Positions 30,423 through 39,220 of a stretch of 64,000 nucleotides of DNA are shown in pieces. Position numbers and translations under genes: made by a program. The notes beneath the pieces are model-generated. The model was not told where the DNA came from, ran no database searches, and saw only the letters and a list, made by a program, of their open reading frames with translations. The stretch is from the NCBI GenBank assembly GCA_963667725.2, contig CAXXHO010000003.1:544001-608000 (forward strand), written 5' to 3'. Numbering within the stretch: the stretch's first letter is position 1; every line of letters starts with the position of its first letter. Source of the DNA: Treponemataceae bacterium (GTDB lineage Bacteria; Spirochaetota; Spirochaetia; Treponematales; Rectinemataceae).

Positions 30423-31296
30423 CGCCCTGTTCTGGCTGCTGAGAGGAGTCAGGGTTTACGCGCTCGTAGGTTCGACAGGAACCGGAAAGAGCTTCAGGGC
30501 AAAGCTCGTGGCGCAGAAGTATGGCATCGAGATGATAATCGACGACGGGCTTCTCATCCGCGGCGACCAGCTCGTTGCCGGCAAATCGGCGAAAAAGGAA
30601 GCGCTGTATCTCGGCGCGGTCAAGACGGCGCTTTTTCACGAAAAGAATCACCGCGACCAAGTAGCCAAGGCGCTGCAGCGGGAGAAATTCCGCAAGATAC
30701 TCGTTATCGGCACCAGCGAGAAAATGGTAACCCGGATCTGCGAACGCCTTCAGATACCTCAGCCTTTTAAAATCATCAAAATCGAGGACATCGCGACAAA
30801 AGCCGAGATCGAAAAAGCCCTGCAGTCGCGCCAGATCGAAGGCAAGCACGTGATCCCAGTTCCCGCCCTCGAAATCCGCCGCAATTACCCATCCATATTT
30901 TACGACAGCGTCCGCGTCTTCCTGAAAAGAAGCTTTGGCGCCGGCGCTTCCCTGCCTAAAATCTATGAAAAGTCAGTAGTCAGGCCAGAGTACGCCAAGA
31001 GGGGTAGGGTGGCCATTTCCGAAGCAGCCCTTTCCCAGATGGTCGTCCATTGCGTGAGCGAATTCGATCAGTCGGTCCATGTGAAAAGGCTCGCGATCCG
31101 CGATGATTCCCAAGGGTATAGGATAACAGTCGTGCTGGAAGCGCCCTATGGAACGAAACTGGCGTCCAACGCCCATGCCCTGCAGGAATATATAGTAGAC
31201 AGCATCGAACGCTTTACGGGCATCCTCGTGGCTGAGGTCAACATCGTCATTGATCGGCTCACTCCAAGAAGAAAAGCTGATAAAACAAAAAAATAG
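30406..31296 (+). CDS. P-loop NTPase fused to an Asp23/Gls24-like domain
   Basis: GSTGTGKS Walker A, IIDDGLLI; C-terminal ...IERFTGILVAEVNIVI. Confidence 0.75.
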   Translation: MMHIFNALFWLLRGVRVYALVGSTGTGKSFRAKLVAQKYGIEMIIDDGLLIRGDQLVAGKSAKKEALYLGAVKTALFHEKNHRDQVAKALQREKFRKILVIGTSEKMVTRICERLQIPQPFKIIKIEDIATKAEIEKALQSRQIEGKHVIPVPALEIRRNYPSIFYDSVRVFLKRSFGAGASLPKIYEKSVVRPEYAKRGRVAISEAALSQMVVHCVSEFDQSVHVKRLAIRDDSQGYRITVVLEAPYGTKLASNAHALQEYIVDSIERFTGILVAEVNIVIDRLTPRRKADKTKK

Positions 31297-31333
31297 ATCG
31301 GTTTCCGCGGAGCCGAATGAAGTTCCTGGCGTA

Positions 31334-31362
31334 TTGACGACGTCGAAAGAACTGTGTACTAT
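31334..31362 (+). promoter_or_regulatory. Sigma70-type promoter of the bS22 gene
   Basis: TTGACG-N17-TACTAT. Confidence 0.7.
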
Positions 31363-31423
31363 TGGCTTTGTTGCGAGATGAATGAGCCTCATTGCGCATC
31401 AAACGTATCCAAGGAGAACCGTC

Positions 31424-31519
31424 GTGCCCTGTGGTAGAAAACGAAAGCTTAAGAAAATAGCGACGCATAAGAGAAAGAAGAAGAGAAGACTCAATAGACA
31501 CAAGACCAGAGTCTCCTGA
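31424..31519 (+). CDS. Small ribosomal protein bS22 (AURKAIP1/COX24 family), 31 aa, absent from the ORF track
   Basis: MPCGRKRKLKKIATHKRKKRRRLNRHKTRVS; GTG start with AAGGAG SD, own promoter and terminator. Confidence 0.88.
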   Translation: MPCGRKRKLKKIATHKRKKKRRLNRHKTRVS

Positions 31520-31537
31520 CAATCGTTATTTTCATGG

Positions 31538-31568
31538 AAAAGCTGTCCTGACGGGCAGCTTTTTTTTA
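31538..31568 (+). terminator. Intrinsic terminator
   Basis: AAAAGCTGTCC-TGAC-GGGCAGC followed by a T-run. Confidence 0.85.
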
Positions 31569-31675
31569 TGCGGCGACCCGAGAGCGCCGCCAGACCGAAA
31601 GCCTTGTCCCGCGTGGCGCTATAGCCTTATAATCTTCATGAATCTCAATTCTTCAATGGAAGCAGGTGATTGCAT

Positions 31676-32638
31676 ATGAACGAACTCCTGAAAAAGATTT
31701 CCGATTTCGGCATCGTGCCCGTCGTAAAGCTGGATGAGGCGAAGGACGCCCTGCCGCTGGCGAAAGCCCTCTACGAAGGCGGCCTGCCCCTGGCCGAAAT
31801 CACTTTCCGCACATCGGCCGCCGAAGAAGCGATCCGCACGCTCAGCGCCCAGATGCCGGAAATGCTCGTCGGCGCCGGCACCGTCCTCACGCGGGAACAG
31901 GCCGACAAGGCCATCGCCGCCGGCGCGAAATTCATCGTTACGCCCGGCTTCAACAGGAAAGTAGTAGAGCACTGCCTGGCGAAAGGCGTTCCCATAGTAC
32001 CGGGCTGCTCCGGCCCAAGCGACATGGAAGCCGCTATGGAACTGGGCCTCGACGTGGTCAAATTCTTCCCGGCCGAGCAGGCTGGCGGCGTGGAGTACCT
32101 CAAGGCCGTCGCGGGACCCTATCCCAACCTAAAATTCATGCCCACGGGCGGCATCAATGCCCAGAACCTCAACGACTACCTCTCGCTCAAGAACGTACTG
32201 GCCTGCGGCGGCTCGTGGATGGTAAAAGCCGACCTCGTCGCCGCGGGAGACTTCGCCGCGATCGTCGAACTCACGAAGCAGGCCGTGAGCAGCATGCTCG
32301 GATTCGGCCTCCTCCACATCGGCGTCAACGCTTTAAGCGAGGAAAGCGCCGCGGAAATCGCCGGAGTCTACAGGGACAGGTTCAACATGAGCTACCGGGC
32401 GGGAAAGAGCTCCATATTCGCCGGCGAAATCCTGGAAGTGATGAAAAAACCCGGGGCCGGAAAGCTCGGCCACATCGGCATCACCACCAACTACATCGAG
32501 CGCGCCATAGCCCATTTCAAGCTCCGAGGCATAGCCCTGGACGAAAATTCCAGGAAGTACAACGACGCGGGCAAGCTGGTAGCCATTTTCTTCACCGACG
32601 AACCGGGTGGATTCGCCATCCACCTCACCCAAGTCTAG
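31676..32638 (+). CDS. eda: KDPG/KHG aldolase with a C-terminal VOC-like extension
   Basis: AEITFRT, VGAGTVL, VKFFPA, FMPTGGI, ACGGSW. Confidence 0.93.
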   Translation: MNELLKKISDFGIVPVVKLDEAKDALPLAKALYEGGLPLAEITFRTSAAEEAIRTLSAQMPEMLVGAGTVLTREQADKAIAAGAKFIVTPGFNRKVVEHCLAKGVPIVPGCSGPSDMEAAMELGLDVVKFFPAEQAGGVEYLKAVAGPYPNLKFMPTGGINAQNLNDYLSLKNVLACGGSWMVKADLVAAGDFAAIVELTKQAVSSMLGFGLLHIGVNALSEESAAEIAGVYRDRFNMSYRAGKSSIFAGEILEVMKKPGAGKLGHIGITTNYIERAIAHFKLRGIALDENSRKYNDAGKLVAIFFTDEPGGFAIHLTQV

Positions 32639-32668
32639 CGAAAAACTCGAGTCCAGCCTCCCTCGACG

Positions 32669-32703
32669 AAGCCCGTTTCATTTAATGAAACGGGCTTTCA
32701 TTT
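32669..32703. promoter_or_regulatory. Nested inverted repeats between eda and the buk promoter
   Basis: AAGCCCGTTTCATT-T-AATGAAACGGGCTT overlapping AATGAAA-N5-TTTCATT; TTGTCA-N16-TATACT follows at 32719-32746. Confidence 0.6.
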
Positions 32704-32776
32704 TTTCACAAAACACTCTTGTCAAATTTTGAAACAATGGTATACTCTGGTGAAACGACACGAAGGAAGGAATAAG

Positions 32777-33850
32777 ATGGCCCAATCCGTTCTCGTGATA
32801 AACCCAGGCTCCACCTCCACCAAGATCGCCTTGTTTGAAGGCAACGCGAGGATCTTCGATCATTCGCTGAGCCATTCCTCAGAAGAACTGAAGCCTTTTC
32901 CCACCATCGCCTCCCAATACGAATTCCGCAAGAAGGCCATCCTGGAAGTCCTCGCGGCCAAGGGCTTCGATATAGGCCAGCTCGTCGCCATCGTGGGCAG
33001 GGGAGGGGTCCTCCATCCCATCCCGAGCGGCGTCTACCGCGTCAACGAAGCGATGAAAGCCGATATCCTCGCGGCCAAATACGGCGAACACGCGTCCAAC
33101 CTGGGCGCGCTCATCGCCGACGACATAGCCGCCGAACTCGGAATTCCGGCTTATATCGCCGACCCGGTGGTCGTGGACGAACTCTCCGACGTCGCGAGGA
33201 TTTCGGGCCACAAGCTCTTCCGGAGAATTTCCATATTCCATGCCCTGAACCAGAAAGCCGTGGCCAGGCGTTATGCCGCCGAGCAAGGCAAGAATTATGA
33301 AGCGCTGAACCTCATCGTCGTCCATATGGGCGGAGGCGTCTCGATCGGACTGCATAGACAGGGCCTTGTCGAGGACGTCAACCAGGCATTGAGCGGCGAA
33401 GGCCCCTTCAGCCCGGAACGCTCGGGCACCCTTCCCGTGAACCAGCTGGCTAAACTCTGCTTTTCAGGCCAATACAGCGAGAAGGAAGTCATGAAGATGA
33501 TTTCCGGAGCTGGCGGCATGGTGAGCTTCCTCGGCACCAACGACATGAGGGAGGTTGAAAAACTGCGGCTCGCGGGCGATCCGGCCGCCACCCTCTATTT
33601 CAGCGCCTTCGTCTACCAGGTCGGAAAGACCATCGGCGCCATGGCCGCCGCCGCGAAGGGCAAGGTGGACGCCATCATCCTCACCGGCGGCATCGCCTAC
33701 GATAAGGACGTCGTCGCCGGCCTGAAGGAAATGTGTTCCTTCATCGCTCCCTTCACCGTCTATCCCGGCGAGGGCGAGCTCGAGGCCCTGGCCCAGGCTG
33801 GCCTGGGCGCCATCAACGGCACGAGGCCGGTCTTGGAGTATAAAGCATGA
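32777..33850 (+). CDS. buk: Butyrate/branched-chain fatty acid kinase
   Basis: INPGSTSTK, HASNLG, HALNQKA, HMGGG, GPFSPERSG. Confidence 0.96.
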   Translation: MAQSVLVINPGSTSTKIALFEGNARIFDHSLSHSSEELKPFPTIASQYEFRKKAILEVLAAKGFDIGQLVAIVGRGGVLHPIPSGVYRVNEAMKADILAAKYGEHASNLGALIADDIAAELGIPAYIADPVVVDELSDVARISGHKLFRRISIFHALNQKAVARRYAAEQGKNYEALNLIVVHMGGGVSIGLHRQGLVEDVNQALSGEGPFSPERSGTLPVNQLAKLCFSGQYSEKEVMKMISGAGGMVSFLGTNDMREVEKLRLAGDPAATLYFSAFVYQVGKTIGAMAAAAKGKVDAIILTGGIAYDKDVVAGLKEMCSFIAPFTVYPGEGELEALAQAGLGAINGTRPVLEYKA

Positions 33851-34767
33851 AATACATTTCTGAACTGCTGCAGGCCGCCGCGTCAGCCGGGCGGATGAAA
33901 CTGGCCGTTGCCTCGGCGCAGGAAGCCTCAGTCCTGGAGGCTGTCGTGGACGCCTACGCGGCGGGCATAGCCGAACCGATCCTCGTCGGCGATCCCGAGG
34001 CCATCGCGGCCGCTGCGGCCGAGGCCAGGGGCGGCAAGGGCGTGGACATTTCGGCCTTCGAGATAGTACCCGTCAAGGATATCTACGCTTCAGCCGCCAA
34101 GGCCGTGGAACTGGTCAAGACGGGCAGGGCGGGATTCCTCATGAAAGGCATCATCGATACGGCCCCCCTTCTCAAGGCGGTGCTCAACAAGGAAACTGGA
34201 ATCAACGCCGGGCATCTCGCCAGCCACGTGGCCGTCATGGAAGTGCCCACCTACCACAAACTCCTCGTCATCACCGACGCGGCCATCAACATCGCCCCTG
34301 ATCTTCCCGGGTTCATCGACATCATCAACTCGGCCGTCACCGTCTCGCGGGCTCTCGGTACGGAACTGCCCAAGGTGGCCATCCTCGCGGCCGTGGAAAA
34401 GGTGAACGCCGAGAAAATGCCCTGCACGGTGACCGCCGCCATTCTTACCCAAATGAATCGACGAGGCCAGATCAAGAACTGCCTCGTCGACGGACCTCTC
34501 GCCCTGGACAACGCGATCAGCGCCGAAAGCGTGCGGATCAAGAAGATAGTCTCCGACGTGGCGGGCGACGCCGATATCCTCGTCGTCCCGGATATCGAAG
34601 CCGGCAACATCCTGTACAAATGCCTGCTCGACCTGGCTCAGGCCAAGGGCGCGGGCATCATAATGGGCGCCGCCAAGCCCGTCGTCCTCACCAGCCGCGC
34701 CGACACCGCGGAAACCAAACTCGCCTCCATAGCGCTCGCCGCCCTCACCGGCCGTCGGGCAAGCTAG
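33847..34767 (+). CDS. ptb: Phosphate butyryltransferase
   Basis: LMKG, TDAAINIAP, DGPLALDNA, PDIEAGNILYK, LTSRAD. Confidence 0.92.
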   Translation: MKYISELLQAAASAGRMKLAVASAQEASVLEAVVDAYAAGIAEPILVGDPEAIAAAAAEARGGKGVDISAFEIVPVKDIYASAAKAVELVKTGRAGFLMKGIIDTAPLLKAVLNKETGINAGHLASHVAVMEVPTYHKLLVITDAAINIAPDLPGFIDIINSAVTVSRALGTELPKVAILAAVEKVNAEKMPCTVTAAILTQMNRRGQIKNCLVDGPLALDNAISAESVRIKKIVSDVAGDADILVVPDIEAGNILYKCLLDLAQAKGAGIIMGAAKPVVLTSRADTAETKLASIALAALTGRRAS

Positions 34768-34789
34768 AAGGCGCGACAAGGAGTCCTCT

Positions 34790-35005
34790 ATGGCCAACAA
34801 GGGTAAACCGGTCATCGACAGGGAACGATGCAAAGGCTGTCTGCTTTGCGTCCGCGCCTGTCCCGTGAAAGTGCTTGGGCCTGATTCGACGCCCAATTCC
34901 TGGGGCTACTATCCTTCCTCGGTTCTGGCCCCGGAAAAATGCATAGCTTGCGGCAACTGCTACCAGGTCTGTCCCGACGTAGCCGTCACCGTCTATAAAC
35001 TGTGA
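34790..35005 (+). CDS. 2x[4Fe-4S] ferredoxin, delta subunit of a 2-oxoacid oxidoreductase
   Basis: CKGCLLCVRACP and CIACGNCYQVCP. Confidence 0.93.
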   Translation: MANKGKPVIDRERCKGCLLCVRACPVKVLGPDSTPNSWGYYPSSVLAPEKCIACGNCYQVCPDVAVTVYKL

Positions 35006-35016
35006 AGGAGAAGCCA

Positions 35017-36120
35017 ATGTCCGAAGACATTCGCCTGATGAAAGGCAACGAGGCCATCGGCGAAGCCGCCGTGCGCGCCGGCTGCAAAGCCTATTTCGGG
35101 TATCCGATCACGCCCCAGAACGAACTCACGGCCTATATGGCTGTGCATATGCTCGCCAAGGGTAGGACCTTCATCCAGGCCGAGAGCGAAGTGTCGGCCA
35201 TCAATATGGTCTACGGAGCCGCCGCCACGGGCGTTCGCGCCATGACCAGTTCCTCCAGCCCCGGCGTTTCCCTCAAGCAGGAAGGCATCTCCTACCTCTG
35301 CGGCGCCGATTTGCCCGCCGTCATAGTCAACGTGGCCCGCTCCGGCCCCGGCCTCGGCGGCATCTCGCCCAGCCAGGGAGACTATTTCCAGTCCACCCGC
35401 GGCGGCGGCCACGGCGACTATTACACGATCGTCCTCGCCCCCAAGGGTGTGCAGGACGCTGCCGACCTCACCTACGAAGCCTTTGCCATCACCGAAAAAT
35501 ACAGGATTCCCGTTCTCATCCTTGCCGACGGGCTCATCGGCCAGATGATGGAGGGCGTCGTCCTCCCGCAACCTCTCGATCCCGAGGGCTTTCCCCGCAA
35601 GGCCTGGGCTGCCGGCCATCAGGAAGAGATGAAACGCGATCCCAACCACGTCACCAGCATCCATCTCGTGCCCGAGGAACTGGAGCCCACTATCCTGGAA
35701 CGCTTCAAGCGCTACGATCAGGTGAAGAAAGAGCTCTGCCGCTTCGAGGAAGTCCAGGTGGAGGAGGCCGATCTTGTGCTCGTGGCCTACGGCACCTCGG
35801 CGCGCGTAAGCCTGGGCGCCCTGCAGGCTGCCCGCAAGCTCGGGCTCAAGGTGGGGCTTTTCCGCCCCATTACCCTCTGGCCCTTCCCCTCAGACAGGCT
35901 CTCCGAACTCGCGCGGAAGGGCAAGCGCTTCCTCGCGGTGGAAATGAGCATGGGGCAGATGGTGGAAGACGTTCGATTGGCCGTCAACGGCCAGACGCCC
36001 GTCGATTTCTACGGCAGGTGCGGCGGGATAGTCCCCAGCGAGGAAGAAGTGCTCGCCGAAATCCAGCGGATTCTCGCCCAGCGGATTCTCGCTAAGCGCC
36101 TTCCCGCCGGTCAGGCATAA
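35017..36120 (+). CDS. vorB: 2-oxoisovalerate:ferredoxin oxidoreductase alpha-type subunit
   Basis: MKGNEA, YFGYPITPQ, QAESE, TSSSSPG, RGGGHGDY. Confidence 0.92.
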   Translation: MSEDIRLMKGNEAIGEAAVRAGCKAYFGYPITPQNELTAYMAVHMLAKGRTFIQAESEVSAINMVYGAAATGVRAMTSSSSPGVSLKQEGISYLCGADLPAVIVNVARSGPGLGGISPSQGDYFQSTRGGGHGDYYTIVLAPKGVQDAADLTYEAFAITEKYRIPVLILADGLIGQMMEGVVLPQPLDPEGFPRKAWAAGHQEEMKRDPNHVTSIHLVPEELEPTILERFKRYDQVKKELCRFEEVQVEEADLVLVAYGTSARVSLGALQAARKLGLKVGLFRPITLWPFPSDRLSELARKGKRFLAVEMSMGQMVEDVRLAVNGQTPVDFYGRCGGIVPSEEEVLAEIQRILAQRILAKRLPAGQA

Positions 36121-36130
36121 GGAGTTCATC

Positions 36131-36898
36131 ATGGAACTAGCATTCGGCCATCCCAAAAGCCTTAAACCCATTCAGACCAAGTATTGCCCCGGCTGCGGTC
36201 ATGGAGTCATTCACCGACTTATAGCGGAGGTCATCGACGAGATGGGCCTCCAGCTGAAGTCCGTCATCACGAACCCCGTCGGCTGCTCAATCTGGGCCGA
36301 CCTCTATTTCGATTTCGACTCGGTGCAGCCAGCGCACGGCAGGACCCCCGCGGCTGCCACCGCCGTCAAGCGCATGCTCCCTGACCACCTCGTCATCTGC
36401 TATCAGGGCGACGGCGACCTCGCCGCCATAGGCACGGCTGAAATCATCCACGCCGCGAACCGCGGGGAAAAGTTCACGACGATTTTCGTGAACAACGCGA
36501 TCTACGGAATGACGGGCGGCCAGATGGCGCCGACAACCCTCGTCGGCCAGTACGCGACCACGGCCCCGAACGGACGCGATCCCATCGGCGCCGGCATGGG
36601 CTATCCCATCAAGGTCTGCGAGCTTCTCGCCACGCTCGGCGGCACCAAATATCTCGCTCGCGGCTCCGTGAACAACCCGGCCAACGTGAAAAAGACGAAA
36701 AAATACATCAGGACCGCTTTCGAGGCCCAGATGAGGGGCGAAGGTTTCACCATGGTGGAAATACTCTCCCAGTGCCCGACCAACTGGAAAATGAGCCCAG
36801 CCGAATCGGTGGGCTGGCTCGAGCAGAACATGATTCCCTTCTACCCCCTCGGTGAGATCAAGAATACTTTGCCCGCCGAGAAGGAGGCCCAGGCATGA
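36131..36898 (+). CDS. 2-oxoacid:ferredoxin oxidoreductase beta (TPP-binding) subunit
   Basis: YCPGCGH, YQGDGD, NNAIYGMTGGQMAPTT, CPTNW. Confidence 0.93.
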   Translation: MELAFGHPKSLKPIQTKYCPGCGHGVIHRLIAEVIDEMGLQLKSVITNPVGCSIWADLYFDFDSVQPAHGRTPAAATAVKRMLPDHLVICYQGDGDLAAIGTAEIIHAANRGEKFTTIFVNNAIYGMTGGQMAPTTLVGQYATTAPNGRDPIGAGMGYPIKVCELLATLGGTKYLARGSVNNPANVKKTKKYIRTAFEAQMRGEGFTMVEILSQCPTNWKMSPAESVGWLEQNMIPFYPLGEIKNTLPAEKEAQA

Positions 36899-37428
36899 CG
36901 GAAAAAACCTATATGGCAGGTTTCGGCGGCCAGGGAGTCATATCCCTTGGACAGATGTGGGTCTACTGCGCGATGAAGGAAGGCCTTCAGATCACCTTCT
37001 TTCCCTATTACGGAGCCGAAAAGCGGGGAGGCATCGCCCGCGCCTCGGTAATCGTCAGCGACCACGAGATAGCGAGCCCTCTCGTCACCAAGGCCCACTC
37101 GGTCGTCGTGATGAATCAGGATTCAGTGCCCATCGCCGAGGAAGTCTGCGCCGAAGGCGGCACCATCCTCGTCAACTCAAGCCTCGTGAAGACCGATCCC
37201 AAAAGACCGGACGCCAGGATTATCCACGTTCCCTGCAACGAAATAGCCGAAAAGATCGGCGATGGCCGAATCGCGAACATGGTGATGTTGGGAGCGCTCA
37301 GCGCCGCCACCGGCGCGATCCAGCTGAAATCCTTCGAGACCGTGCTGAAATCCTTCTTCCCGCCCGCGAAGCACCACTTGATTCCGATGAACATCGCCGC
37401 CGTGGAGGAAGGCAAAAAGGCCGTCTAA
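36895..37428 (+). CDS. 2-oxoacid:ferredoxin oxidoreductase gamma subunit
   Basis: AGFGGQG, YGAEKRGG, NMVMLGA. Confidence 0.93.
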   Translation: MTEKTYMAGFGGQGVISLGQMWVYCAMKEGLQITFFPYYGAEKRGGIARASVIVSDHEIASPLVTKAHSVVVMNQDSVPIAEEVCAEGGTILVNSSLVKTDPKRPDARIIHVPCNEIAEKIGDGRIANMVMLGALSAATGAIQLKSFETVLKSFFPPAKHHLIPMNIAAVEEGKKAV

Positions 37429-37531
37429 GATTTCCGGCGGTCTTTTCAGCCGTCCCATTCCACGCAGTACGTACAAAAGCGCTCGATACACTGTACCGAG
37501 CGTTCTTTTTTCGACTATACTCCATCGTGGA

Positions 37532-38599
37532 ATGAGTCCGACTAAATCCGAATTACGACGACGGCTGGACGGCGCTCGAGCCGCCAGAGCCGCTCGAGCC
37601 GCGCGCATCGCCCGAGCCGCGCGCGGCCGCAAACCCCTCAGCTTGAAAAGAGTCGCGGCATTCATCCTCAAGCTCGCGCTCATCGTCCATATCGCCTATA
37701 TCTTCCTTACAAGCGTCTTTATCATATCCTATAAATTCAACAATCCCGTCTTTACGATCCTCATGCCCTACCGATCGATCGGCTATGGATGGAAGCTTCA
37801 GAAGCCCATCCCCATCAAGCTCAAACAGGTGCCGGCCTACGTGCGGAACATGTTGGTGTCGGTAGAGGACGGCAAGTTCTATACCCACCACGGCATCGAC
37901 ATGGAAGCCTTCAAGCGCGCCAAGGAGATAAACGACAGGCTGGGCAAGCCCCTCTACGGCGGCTCGACACTGACGATGCAGCTGGCGAGGACGCTCTTCC
38001 TCGTGCCGGAAAAAAGCTACGTGAGAAAATATTTCGAGGTTATAGCGGCGCTCGAGCTGGAGCTCTTCCTCTCGAAAGACAGGATCCTGGAGCTTTATTT
38101 CGGCTACGCCGAGTGGGGAAAGGGCATTTTCGGCATAGAGGCGGCGGCGAGACACTGGTACGGAAAGGGCGTCGCCTCGCTCACGAGGGACCAGTCGGCC
38201 AGGCTCATCGCCCTCCTGTCCTCGCCCATCAAGTACTCGCCCACGACGCTGAACAAGTCGGCCATCCTGCGCGAGCGATACGCTTACCTGACGCGCCGCT
38301 ACGTTTCGCCCAGCCAGGCAACCTCGCCCGATCAGTCGCCAGCCCTCGCGCCGCCTCCCGGCGACGTCGTGCCCGGCGCCGACGATGCCGCGCCCTCCGA
38401 CACCCTCGCTCCGACCGATGCCCAAGCGCCCGTCGACGCTCTTGGGTCGCCCGATGAAGTCACCCCTCCCGGCGAAGTCGTGTCTGACGACGCTAGCCCG
38501 ACGAGCGATGCCCAGTCGGGCGGACAGGACAGCGCGGCAACCACGACGCTCCCCGCCGCCGACACCACGGCTCAGGGCGTCACAGGCGCCGTTCCTTAA
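37532..38599 (+). CDS. mtgA: Monofunctional peptidoglycan transglycosylase (GT51) with low-complexity termini
   Basis: VEDGKFYTHHGID, GGSTLTMQLAR, RKYFE, KDRILELY, FGIEAAA. Confidence 0.85.
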   Translation: MSPTKSELRRRLDGARAARAARAARIARAARGRKPLSLKRVAAFILKLALIVHIAYIFLTSVFIISYKFNNPVFTILMPYRSIGYGWKLQKPIPIKLKQVPAYVRNMLVSVEDGKFYTHHGIDMEAFKRAKEINDRLGKPLYGGSTLTMQLARTLFLVPEKSYVRKYFEVIAALELELFLSKDRILELYFGYAEWGKGIFGIEAAARHWYGKGVASLTRDQSARLIALLSSPIKYSPTTLNKSAILRERYAYLTRRYVSPSQATSPDQSPALAPPPGDVVPGADDAAPSDTLAPTDAQAPVDALGSPDEVTPPGEVVSDDASPTSDAQSGGQDSAATTTLPAADTTAQGVTGAVP

Positions 38600-38608
38600 T
38601 AGTTTTTT

Positions 38609-39124
38609 CTAGATGATATCCATGATATTGCTGTAATCGTTCTCGACCTTCAGCTCCTCGAGGTAGAGGGAGATCATGCCCCTGTGGTGCGTCTGGTGGT
38701 TGAAGACATGAAGGACGACGAGCCCGAACTCCTGGTTGTGCTCGTCGTCGTGTGAATCTTTGTACTTCAAGCTCCGGCCGAGATCATCCTCGCGGACTTC
38801 GGCGGCGAATCGCCTGAAATACCCGTCCAGAGCCGCCCGCAGCGCGAAGTATTCTTCCTTCGACTCGAAGGTATGCATGCCGTAGCGGAGCTCCCGCGCG
38901 AAGAAGTCGTCCCTTATGTACTCGAAGGGGCGCAGCAGCGAAAACCGCTTGAGCCAGTTGAAGTCGCATACGCACAGATGGTCGCAGAGCGATCGTATCG
39001 AGTCGAAATACCCGCCGAACTTCGCCGTCCACTGTTCTTCGGTGAGGTTCGCGATCAAGGCATCCATCTGCTCGTTGACAGTCTTATTGTAGTCCGCCAG
39101 AAAAGCTATAGTCGCAAGGTCCAT
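38609..39124 (-). CDS. DinB family protein
   Basis: SIRSLCDHL, HVFNHQTHHRG. Confidence 0.9.
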   Translation of the reverse strand: MDLATIAFLADYNKTVNEQMDALIANLTEEQWTAKFGGYFDSIRSLCDHLCVCDFNWLKRFSLLRPFEYIRDDFFARELRYGMHTFESKEEYFALRAALDGYFRRFAAEVREDDLGRSLKYKDSHDDEHNQEFGLVVLHVFNHQTHHRGMISLYLEELKVENDYSNIMDII

Positions 39125-39220
39125 AGGTGCTCCTTGTTTCCGCAGTATACGCATTTATAGTCTTGGCGGCGCCCGAAGGCAAGCGACACGAAGTATCCTC
39201 GGTATCCTTTAACGCGACCC

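Noticed and set aside
36064..36093. 15-bp tandem duplication (QRILA x2) at the end of vorB
   Set aside because: It is an in-frame micro-duplication in a variable C-terminus with no evident consequence
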